Made by a program: the position numbers and the translations under genes
DNA from: Rebecca billardiae RCC1528
Lineage: Eukaryota > Protista > Haptophyta
Length of the DNA: 64,000 bases
Assembly: GCA_965240325.2 (NCBI GenBank)
Contig: OZ251232.1
Coordinates: forward strand, 310,001-374,000
Direction: 5' to 3'
The notes under the pieces: generated by a model
Database searches by the model: none
Seen by the model: only the letters and a program-made list of their open reading frames with translations
What the model was told of the DNA's origin: nothing
Shown here: piece after piece, positions 48,094 to 58,353 of the stretch
Layout of the letters: the number at the start of each line of letters is the position of its first letter
How positions within the stretch are numbered: position 1 is the stretch's first letter

Positions 48094-49899
48094 CACAGTG
48101 AACACGCCCCAGCGGCGGAGCGGACAAACAAAACTGCTTGGGAACCGGCCGATTTGGCAGGGCGATGGCGGGATCTCAGTCTTCCGCCCGAGGCCTTCGC
48201 CGTCGCTCGGCCGCTCTAGCCGGGCCCACGGGCACGATCATCCGTGGGCCCATCCCGTACTGGGCGGACCGTATAGCTGGCCATTACATGGGACACTAGC
48301 TCGGGTGTCGCGCCACGACTCTGCCACGAGAAGAGCCCGCTGTCCGAAGCAGGCGTGTTCGAGCTCGCAGCAGCACGCGACCGACATGTGATGCTTGCTC
48401 CCACCCGTCCCGATGGATGGCGGGCCTGGGTGGCTATCTGAGTGGGTGATTGGGTGCCAAGACTTGCCCGCATGCCTCTTCGGGACGGCTGGAAATGTCT
48501 CGCCCCCAATATCCTCCACCTCAAAAGTGCTGCACTTTTTTGGGCTCGAGCGGCACATCGAGCGCATGCCCGTCGGGTCACATCCTCAAGCAATCAAGGC
48601 GCACTTGAGCGTTGTTTGTGACGCGCCTGGTGTCCAGATGTCCATCGAGTGCGTGCTTCTTGTCCGACCTGGCGGTCCATGCCTTCACGTCTACGATGTT
48701 TATGGATCGGACGCAGGTGATGGACTGCTGCGAGAGCTCTGGACACCGACGGCCAGTACACCAGGCGAATGGTGCCGACCATGGCTGACGGTGCGTGTGC
48801 CTGCACACTTCGGGCGTGCTTTCGAGCGCCCGCCTCCCCGACCGCCAGCGCCTCTGCTTCCCACGCTAGGGCTGCATGATTCCCACCCAGTTTTGTGCTC
48901 ATGCAATGATGCCGTCTGCGCGGCCCCGTCTGCGCACGCGCGCAGAACAGCTCGTTTGCGCTGACTCAGGGCGACCTGAGCGAGCTTGACTACCTCCACG
49001 ACCTCGTTGCGCACTTGCGCACTCGACGACGTGCCGAGGTCGCGGTTCCGCCGATGGTTGCATCTCGTTCAGGCGCACATCACAGCAGTGTGCATCAGTC
49101 GGATGACCATGACGAATGCGAGCAGCTCAGCGAGGCACAACCATGCCCAGTCGGGTGCGCTTTGGGGTGCCGGGCGAGTGCGAAGGCCTCGCATTCCACG
49201 ATTCACATCGCTCACGTCACCCTCTCTGCGTCGACCCACTGCCCACGCGCTTCGCGCGCCGTCGCGCAGATCACTGCTCATCAGCTTGCAGCTCAAAGGA
49301 GACGATGAGGTCGCGGCAGTGCGCTGGCTCGTCGAGCTGACGTGCCGCGGTCGCGGCAGCTGGGCGCCAGCTTGGCAGCTCGTGTGCGCTCTTCTTCCGC
49401 GAGCAGCTGCCGGCCTGCTTCAGCTTCGTGGGCAAGCGCGCGCGATGTCTTTCCGCGGGAGTGCGCAGGGTGCAGCTGCGGCAGCAAACGCATCGTGCTC
49501 GAGCAGCGCGCGAGGAGGCGGCACGGGCGATTCGAGGCTCATTCGAGTCGCGGTGACTCTGCCAGGGCATATACTCTCCACACCTCACCTACCGAGCTGG
49601 ACCCTGTCTTCGCTTCCTCCAGCGATCCGCGCGCGCACACGCGGTGTTGACAGCTCGATCAGCCAGTCTCGGTGCCGTTCGGCGCCGAGCTCGAGGACGG
49701 GCAGGGCGAGCAGCTGCGCTGGCATGAGGGCTCTCTGACGCTTCTGACAGGGCGCTATGCGTGTCTAGCTGTCCGCTGACATGTCCCAGTCGCCGCAGGC
49801 CCTCCGTGGGCTCGGCCATCGAGCCTCACGCGAGCGACCCGCGAGGCGGGCGTCCGCCATTTTGTTTGTCCGCTTCGCCGCTGGGGCGTGTTCACTGTG
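48094..49899. mobile_element. 1.8-kb non-autonomous CAC-ended TIR element (Transib/CMC-like) with RSS-like TIRs
   Basis: 40-bp TIRs with 1 mismatch: CACAGTGAACACGCCCCAGCGGCG(G/A)AGCGGACAAACAAAA at 48094-48133 and 49860-49899; GG on both sides; inserted in a purine tract. Confidence 0.85.
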
Positions 49900-51520
49900 G
49901 GGAGAAAGGAAAGAGAGAGGGAGGAATCGGAGGATGTGAATATGCGGTTATCACTCTCACGCGGGCCGCACCGGCGGTCGGCGGAGGTGTCACTCACCGT
50001 CAGCCCACGCCACAACGGTACTTACCGCGCGCCTCACCGCAGTCATCACCGCTGCTTACCACTGCTACGCCAGCACAGTCCCTGCGGCCTGCCTCAGGAT
50101 TGCGCGCGCGCCCACGCCCACGCGGCACACGGCCACGCACCCGGCCACACCTGCCCGTGACACGCACTGTCAGCAGTGGGGCGGTGCGCGCGGCCGGGCA
50201 CACGCGCCGGCCACGGCCGCAACCTCGCGCGACGGCCACTGCTGTGGCGCCACTGCTGCGGCGCCGCACGCGGGTGCTGCTCCGCGCGCGCGGCTCTCTC
50301 CCCCTCCGCCGCGATGATACACACCGCGCGCAGCACGCGTCGCTGCGCCCGTGCGCCGTGGGCACACATAATCCAGGTTGAGCGTCGCCGAGGTGTTGGC
50401 GAGGAGCGCCGCCGCCAGCGCAGTCATCGGCTGTAACACTCGACCCACCGCCACCAGCCGCATCGCTTGGACTGGCACCGTCATGGCGACAGACGGCGTG
50501 AGGGGGCGATGCAGGCGGGTTGCTGTAAGCGACAGCGTCCCCGGGCCGCGCAATCCGCTCACGCAGTGCCATCCGCTGCGCCATTAGCACAGCGACTCAC
50601 GCCGCACTGCCAGCATGCACTGCCCTGTCCTGAGACTTATAGAACTTGCATTGGCAGTGCTGTCATCGGCAGAGTGCCATCACTGTCACTGCCAAACTGT
50701 CGAGAGGTGCACATGAAGCAGCGGCTCCGGCCGTGACGCGCGGCCCTCTAATCTCTATCCGTACTTCTGAGTAAATTTGACTGAGTATGATGATTATATT
50801 CTATCAGTGAGTCTGGAGCGTGCTCACTCGAGTCTCGATGCTGCCGGCGCTGCGGCGCAGTCGCCAGTCGGCGCCGTGCCATCGGTGGCACATGATGCCG
50901 ATCAGCCGATCAGAAGCTGAAGCGTGATGACGACGATAACACGGCGCCGGCAAAGCAGGACTTGAGAGCACTGCAGCACTCTGCACTGCTACGTCGCGAC
51001 GACAATGAGATGGAGAACAACTACGCAGGTGAGCGCCAAATGGCAGCAGCAGCTGACGGTGCGCAGCAGCCGATTGCGTTTCGCCGTTATGCCCAGGCAG
51101 CATATCCCGGCGGGGCGTTGTGATGTTGAGATGATTGACCTCGTTGAAGCGCGCTCGGCCGCACCTCGACCACCGCACAACGATGCAGATTGGCGGCGTG
51201 AGCGTAGCAGTGGCCACAAGATCGCTCGCAGCTTCAGGCGACCCACACACGGCGAGCTCGATGCAAGACGTGAAATGTATGCGAGAGTGGCGAGCGCTCG
51301 CCTGACTCGCGAAGACGCCAGACGATGGGGGTGTCGGAACACCCGAATCATCGTCACCCGCCCGTGCGAGAGCGCGCGCTGCGACCCGGCCGCGTGGCCA
51401 CTGCGAGGAGCGGATGGAGGAGACGATCCTGCCATCGGAAAGGGTTGAGCAGAGCTCCCTGCTCACGATGCATCGCATCGCATCGGGATATCAAGCCGCT
51501 GGAACGCCCGCAGGCCGCGG

Positions 51521-51630
51521 AACCCGCACGAGCGTGGCTGACGAAAGACATGATGCGTTGACGCGTCGTGCCAAACCCGCACGAGCGTGGCTGACGAAAG
51601 ACATGATGCGTTGACGCGTCGTGCCAAACC
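51521..51630 (+). repeat. 53-bp tandem duplication
   Basis: AACCCGCACGAGCGTGGCTGACGAAAGACATGATGCGTTGACGCGTCGTGCCA x2. Confidence 0.9.
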
Positions 51631-51723
51631 GGGCCGCGAGGGCCGGTGGGCGGTGCGCTTCGCGAACCGTCGCAACTTTCGTCCATATCTGGAGACTGGT
51701 GTTTGGTATGAGCGAGCGGCTTC

Positions 51724-51904
51724 TCTATTGAACCCAGTGCCACCTCTATTCGAACCCAGTGCCACCTCTAAGTGACCCAGTGCCACCCTTCTATGAACCC
51801 AGTGCCACTTCTTCTATGATGACATATGGGGACCCAGTGCCACTGCTACCCGCCTGGCACTGGGTTTGCTATTGATTTTCATTTGGTAAAACCCAGTGCC
51901 ACCC
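51724..51904. repeat. Cluster of seven ACCCAGTGCCA motifs (first four at ~22-bp period, one copy inverted)
   Basis: Copies near 51732, 51754, 51775, 51797, 51832 and 51891; inverted copy at ~51855-51865. Confidence 0.85.
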
Positions 51905-52733
51905 ACCCCCGGCACAGAAGGCCTGCCTGATGCTCTCCTCCCCGGTCCGGACTGCGCCGCCATCGTACCTGGCCCGGGCGGGCACGGCCCTCCGCCTCGT
52001 GTGAAGCGAGTGCGATGGCGGAAGCCACCGAGCGACTTTGCTTGCGATGGCGGCGGCCGGGCCACGCGCCGCAACGCCTTACTGTACATGCTTGAAGGCA
52101 AGCTGAAAGCGTTGCTCTTGGCTACGGAGTCCCAGGAGAGCACGGCGGTGGCTACAAGTGCTAGTATGGCGCGTCGCCCCACAAGGCCTGGTGCCGCAGC
52201 TTTTGGCTCGGGCGGTGCCAGGGCTGCGGGTGGGCTTGAATGCGAAGCTCGAACGCAGCGCGCGTACAGCGGCTCGGATCACATACTGCCCATTGATGCG
52301 AGGTAGCCGATCAAGACCGGGGAGCATCTGCGTCAACGCCTCGCGCATCGCACGGTCACACTTGAAGTAACACACGCGGCCAGCTCTGGCTCGGTGGGCC
52401 TTTCCACCCGAGGCTAGTGAGCAGCTGACGAGGATCGCGGCGCAGCTGGGTGTCCTCGACCCGCCCCGCTCAGGCGCATTGTTTCATCGCACCCGGCCAG
52501 GCGGCCACCCGCCCGTGCACCACTGCACCTTGCTCGTAGCGCATTGAACATGGCCGACATTGACCGCCGCGCCGTGCCGTGGCTCGCGCGAGTCTGCGAC
52601 TTCGATTTCTAGACGCGCCGCCTCGGCAGCGGAGCGGTTGCCTCAGTGGCGTTGCCGGCCGCGTCCGCCTGCTGCGGTATCTGCCTTCCGCGGCTCCGCC
52701 GAACCTGCGCGCGGCGCGCGCGCGGCGCCCACC

Positions 52734-54240
52734 ATGGACTTTGAGCTGTCGCAGGCGAAGAAGCGCTTCGAGAAGGAGGCGGCGAAGCGCAAGCAGGCCG
52801 ACAAGGCGCGGCTCGAGCGCCAGCGTCGTGACCGCGAGCTCGCCGAGCGCAAGCGCGTGGAGTTTGAGGCGGCCGCAGCCGCCGAGCGTGCGGCCGCGGC
52901 CGAGGCGGCAGAGAAGTTGCGGCTCAAGCACGACGCGCTGCTGGAGAAGAACAAGGGCGTGTGGTCCAGCCAGACCCTCGTGCCCCAGCTCAACCTCACC
53001 GCCGAGGCCAAGGGCATCCGCCGGCGCGCGGACAAGATCTCCCTCCCGCGCTCGTTTGGCGAGGCGCTCACACCGCAGCACGACGCCTCGAAGCACGGGC
53101 CGATGTGTTTCGAGCTGGCGCTCGGGACGAAGCTGACGCACGCCACGCTCCTCGACTTTGAGGCCCCCGAGGGCGTCGTCGGCCTGCCCCCACAGGTGCT
53201 GCGCTGCCTCGGCCTGCCCGAGGGCGGCGTCCGTGGCGCCGGCGCCGCCGAGGGGGCGCCGGCAGTCGCGGCCGGCGCGCAGGACGATGCTGCCGTGCCG
53301 GGCGTGCGCGTGACGGTCACGTATCGCACGCTGCGCCCGGGCACGTACGCCAAGCTGCAGCCCGTCACCGCCGGCTTCCAGCGCGACGTGGGCGACATCA
53401 AGAGCGCGCTGGAGGAGGAGCTGCACACGCACGCGACGCTCTCAGGTGCGCACAGCAGCACAGGCCACAGCCGAGCGCGGTCAAGCGCCCTCGAGCGCTG
53501 CCGGCGCGGGCTGCGGCCCCGGCGCGCCGCCGCGCGCGCAGCACACGCGCACGGGCCGTGCGCTGCGCGCTCACTCGCGCCCGCGCCCTCCCCACGCGCG
53601 CGCCCCGCCCCTGCCAGAGGGCGACACAGTCGTCGTGCGCTCGCTCGAGGACGGCAGCGCGCACGAGCTCAGAGTGGTCTCGCTGATGCCCGAGCCCGCC
53701 GTCTCGGTGATCGACACGGATCTGGAGGTGGACATCGCGCCGTCGGTGGAGGCGGAGGCGGCGCAGGCGGCGGAGCTTGCGAGGAAGGCGCGCGAGGCCG
53801 AGCTCGCGCAGCACGCCGAGGCCGAGCGCCAGCGGCGCGAGGCGGAGGAGACGGCCTCGCGCGCCGCGCTGCTCGAAGCTGCGGCCGAGGCGCGCGAGGC
53901 GGCGGTGCGCGCGCTCGCGCCCGAGCCGGACGACGGCGAGGGCGTGGTGACCGTGATGGTCAAGCTGCCGACCGGGGGCCGGGCGACGCGCCGGTTCGAG
54001 CGCGCCGAGCCGCTCGAGCACATCTTCCAGTTCGTCGACACCCTCGAGCTGGGCGAGGCGGCCGCGCTCGCAGCACACGGCTACCGGCTGGCATCGCAGT
54101 TCCCGCGCCGCGTGTGGGAGCGGCCGCCGTCCGCCATGGCGGTCGACGGCGACGGCGCTGGGGCGGGCGCTGTGCTCACGCTCGAGGCAGCCGGGCTCGC
54201 GAGCAAACAAGAGGCGCTGTTCGTCGAGCTCGCAGGGTAG
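52734..54240 (+). CDS. UFD1-like domain plus UBX domain protein (Cdc48/p97 adaptor), 2 exons
   Basis: Exons 52734-53445 and 53618-54240. DKISLP, PMCFEL, THATLLDFEAPEG, GTYAKLQP, VSVIDTDLEVD (UFD1); VKLPTG..RRF..LASQFPRR..TLEAAGL..LFVE (UBX). Confidence 0.9.
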
Positions 54241-54859
54241 TAGCCTCCCAGAGCCCCAGGCCCAGGCTGCTGCGCAAGCCAGGCGTCCGCGTCACGACCG
54301 CGTCGTCGCCCGGGGGCCGGGGCCCGGGCTCGCCGCTCGGATTAGAATCGGCATCACTGGGCTTAGCAGCGCCCTAGGTCTCAGCTGCTGGCCCGGTGAT
54401 ATCACACTACGGCTGCATCGCCCGGCGGCAATGCCCGCGTCGCGTCGCGCAAGGCACATGCACGCTCGCCGCTGAGACTGCTGACTCAGCAATTCGGATG
54501 AGGTGCCTGCTGTCGCTGAGCCTTGGCCCTTGCGCCTTGGCAGTTGGCACCGGTTCCGGGTGGCGGCGCATGCGTGCACGGCGGCCAAGGCGCGAGACTA
54601 CAGGCGAAGTCAGGCAAGGCGCGCGGCGCGCTGCGGTGATCGAGGCCATCAACGAGCCGCGAGACCGCGCCAGATCGCTCGGCGTGCGCGGCAGCGGCCG
54701 CACGAGCCCACGCCGTGCAGGCCCCGAGCGGCCCGCCTGCCGCCACAGCGGCGGCGGCCGCGCGCGCCGCTCCGCTGCAAGAATCTGTAATAAGCGAAAC
54801 TCCGGCCCGGACTCCGCTGGAGTCGGCGAGGAGCAAGGGAGATCGAGGTTGACCAGTGA

Positions 54860-55998
54860 CAAGGGCGGTAAGGGCTGTCAACTCCCAGTGGCGCCGAGTG
54901 GCGGAGGTTCCGTGCCCCTCAACTCGTGCGGCCTCGCGGCGCAGCGGCTAAGTCTCCTGGGGCGCCGCCCTGGAGGGCGCGTGGGGTGCGCACGCCGCGG
55001 GCTCCTGCGCCCGCGGCAGCGGCCGCGGACACGGCGCGCGTGGTTGGTCGCCTGCTAGACAGCACGTAGTACCCTCCCACGCCGCGCGCCGCGCTCGCCG
55101 GTGCCCTCGCCGCGCCTCAGGCCAGCCGCGCACGCGCGCCGCGCCAATGGCCAGCCGTGGCCACGAGCCAGCCGCCGGCGCGCGCGCGGTGCGCGGTGCG
55201 GTCGGCGCGGGTCGGGCGCGCGCCCGGGGCGAGGCTCGCGTATGATGTGCGCGCGGCATGCCGCCTCGCGCCGCCGCGCTGACGCCCGCATGGGTCAGCG
55301 CGCACGCGTTTACATGCTGTCGAGTGTGCATTGCCATGTTTGAAAATGCTCACGTTGAGACGATCATGGGACGGCAGCGACGCGTGATAGACAAGCGCAG
55401 ACCACGAATATGTGCACGGCCAGCCTCATGTCATGGCAAGCAAGTCCCCGAGTGCCCGCGTTCGTCGCACTGATGCGCTCACAACCACTTATCCAAGCTC
55501 ATTTCTGATGGCCGAGGAATGCTCGACGAGCACTCTTCAGCAGCCGCGTGCAACGTGATCATGCTCGTGGGTGGCGGCGCGAGGCGGCATGCCGCGCGCC
55601 CATCATACGCGAGCCTCGCCCCGGGCGCGCGCCCGACCCGCGCCGACCGCACCGCGCACCGCGCGCGCGCCGGCGGCTGGCTCGTGGCCACGGCTGGCCA
55701 TTGGCGCGGCGCGCGTGCGCGGCTGGCCTGAGGCGCGGCGAGGGCACCGGCGAGCGCGGCGCGCGGCGTGGGAGGGTACTACGTGCTGTCTAGCAGGCAA
55801 CCAACCACGCGCGCCGTGTCCGCGGCCGCTGCCGCGGGCGCAGGAGCCCGCGGCGTGCGCACCCCACGCGCCCTCCAGGGCGGCGCCCCAGGAGACTTAG
55901 CCGCTGCGCCGCGAGGCCGCACGAGTTGAGGGGCACGGAAACCTCCGCCACTCGGCGCCACTGGGAGTTGACAGCCCTTACCGCCCTTACCGCCCTTG
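54860..55998. mobile_element. Foldback element family B, copy 2 (uninterrupted, ~1.14 kb)
   Basis: CAAGGGCGGTAAGGG...CCCTTACCGCCCTTG; ~410-bp inverted arms and ~290-bp core nearly identical to 27241-28319; no recognisable TSD. Confidence 0.9.
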
Positions 55999-56030
55999 AC
56001 CCTGGGTTGGTGGTGCTCATCGCGCCCAGG

Positions 56031-57440
56031 ATGACGCGTGGTGCCCGGCCCCGAGGGCCACTGCCCATGGGCCAAGTCCGCCTGATGCTCGCCGTGATAA
56101 CAGTGACGACTGTATCCGTGAACGCGAAGGACACGCGCAGCCTGGGCAATGGCTCCGAGCCCTGCCTATCCGGGTCACCACACGTGGCGTGCGCAGGTGG
56201 CAAGGAGAGCGCGTCGCTGTTCAAGATCATGACCAACCGCTTCGAGCGCTTACGTCAGGCTGGCAAGGAACCATATGGGCTTCCAATCACCATGTCGCCC
56301 GACGAGCTAGCTCGGCTTTACTGGCTGGACGCGATTGGCATCAACAAGCTGCCGATGCTGCACTTCGCCTCCGTGCTCGGCATCCCCGCGCCCCGAGTCT
56401 ACCTGTGCACGCAAGACCTGCGCGAGCTGCTCGACATCCATAACGCAAGCATCGGCTGCCCGCGTCACGAATATGTGATCAAGCGGCTCGAGGGCTGGGC
56501 GTCTCACGAGGTATACGTGATGCGCGACGGCGTGGAGCAGATCACAAACAAGTCGATGACGCTCCAAGACCTCGTTGATTTGCGCGCACCCATCGACGCC
56601 AAGCGGAGCTTCAACCCCAAGCTGTACCCATGGTGGAAAATACAGGCTCGGGCACAAAAGCAGGCGTGGGATGCAGCCCACCGCCACCGTGTGCCCGGGA
56701 AGGCGGATAAACTGCGACTCCGCTTCACGTACGTGGCGGAGGAGCTCCAGCACTCAGCGGAAGACGGGGTGCCTTTCGCTCGGGACATGAAAATCGATGC
56801 GTTCGGCTCGGACGTTCCTGCAGCCTCCTTCACACTGTCGCGCCGTGGACGCACCCTAGCGGACGCAGGGCACCATTGGTGCATCCACTGCAGCTACACC
56901 GACGAGGGTTGCGCGCGAGACGGCGACCCTGCCGAGTTCTACAGCGTCCTGGGCGACCTCTCCTACGTCCAGGTCGACGGACGGGGGAAGCGGGTGGTCT
57001 TCCCTCGCCTCCCGCATGAGGAAACAGCCATCAAGCTCTCACGTGTGATCGCAGACCTCCTCGGCGTGTTCATGCGGATCGACTGGTATGAGACGCCCGC
57101 GCGCACGCCAGTGCTCACCGAGATGACTTTGATTCCAAACTTCGAGCGGACGCAACCGCTCTACCAAGGCCGCTTTGATGCCATCCTCGGCTCACGATGG
57201 CGCGGCTTGGAAGGGGGTGGCGGCAGCGGCGTGGTGCCCTGCTGGCTTCCGCAAGACTGGCACCAACGGATGTACACATGCGACGGTCTGGGTGGCGCGT
57301 CGCTTGAGGAGCTGATCGCTGCCAACTGTGGCAGCCGTCGCGTCGGAGGAGGAGGCGGTGACTCAAAGTCACTCGCTAGAGAGGCTGCACGCTGGCGAGC
57401 CGGAGCAAGGGCAATCGCCGCCATCCTTGCGGCAGGCTGA
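56031..57440 (+). CDS. TupA-like ATP-grasp fold protein with hydrophobic N-terminus
   Basis: YVIKRLEGWAS, YVAEEL, RDMKIDAFG and FMRIDWY..LTEMTLIP resemble ATP-grasp_TupA motifs. Intronless; start at 56031 or 56067 (the track start lies inside the transposon). Confidence 0.72.
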   Translation: MTRGARPRGPLPMGQVRLMLAVITVTTVSVNAKDTRSLGNGSEPCLSGSPHVACAGGKESASLFKIMTNRFERLRQAGKEPYGLPITMSPDELARLYWLDAIGINKLPMLHFASVLGIPAPRVYLCTQDLRELLDIHNASIGCPRHEYVIKRLEGWASHEVYVMRDGVEQITNKSMTLQDLVDLRAPIDAKRSFNPKLYPWWKIQARAQKQAWDAAHRHRVPGKADKLRLRFTYVAEELQHSAEDGVPFARDMKIDAFGSDVPAASFTLSRRGRTLADAGHHWCIHCSYTDEGCARDGDPAEFYSVLGDLSYVQVDGRGKRVVFPRLPHEETAIKLSRVIADLLGVFMRIDWYETPARTPVLTEMTLIPNFERTQPLYQGRFDAILGSRWRGLEGGGGSGVVPCWLPQDWHQRMYTCDGLGGASLEELIAANCGSRRVGGGGGDSKSLAREAARWRAGARAIAAILAAG

Positions 57441-57865
57441 CTCGGCCTGAGCCTGAGGGTCCGCGAGATCGACCGAGTTGATCGAGTGATGACGAGCCGC
57501 CGCGACGCGGCGACGACGAGTCACGACGTCTGTCTGTCGACGACGAGCGTACGTAGTGACGATGATGCTGACTCATCTCATCGATCATGCGCACTAATAT
57601 CCACTGCTATTCTCTCATCTGCTGCGCTGATGAATAAACAAGTCATCTTGACAGTACTTGACACTAATCACTACGACTATGTACTCCGCGGGCTCCGGTC
57701 GTATAATGTTGGCTCGTCGTCCGAGGACTCCGAGGTTAAGGTTACGGCCGCGCGCTGAGTGAGCGCACTCATTCATCGACTGTGTCTGTAGTCAGTCGCC
57801 CGCTCGGACGACACTCGACAGCTGCGCTGCGCTGTTACACACGCATCCGGCATACCACGTCGTCA

Positions 57866-57915
57866 ATATATATATATACATATATATATGTGTGTGTATA
57901 TATACACATATATAT
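57866..57915. repeat. Imperfect (TA/CA/TG)n microsatellite
   Basis: atatatatatacatatatatatgtgtgtgtatata... Confidence 0.8.
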
Positions 57916-58353
57916 TCGATATATCATCCAATATATGATAAGTGCTCCGCGGAAGGCGCTCGAGGCCGCGGCGGCATCTGCCGTCGATCGCCCGCCGCGC
58001 CGAGTGCCCCTCGGGCCGAGGCGGTGCTCCATCCAGCGGCCCCGCTCCCTCACTCTCAGTCGCAGAGGGGCACGGGGCTGCGGAGTGCGGGTGGCGCACT
58101 ACCTGACCTGGTCGGAAGGCCCGGACGCATTCTATGATGATGAGTATACGTATATATATATCATAATATATGACGAATGATGATGTAGACCTGCCTCACT
58201 AATCACTGCTGCACTCTGAGCCGCGCGGAACGCTTGCAAATGCAGCCCGTTGCGGCCGTTGTCACATCACACCACGTCGTTATTAAATATAATAAATAAT
58301 AAATAATTACTACGCACATTATAAATAAAAATATGTACAATTATTCGTCTGAG

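Noticed and set aside
48216-49819. Transposase or RAG1-like ORF inside the RSS-like element
   Set aside because: Only short ORFs without recognisable DDE or zinc-binding motifs; a 5-bp Transib-type TSD is also absent
54853-56005. TSD for family B copy 2
   Set aside because: Flanks CCAGTGA and ACCCTGG do not match
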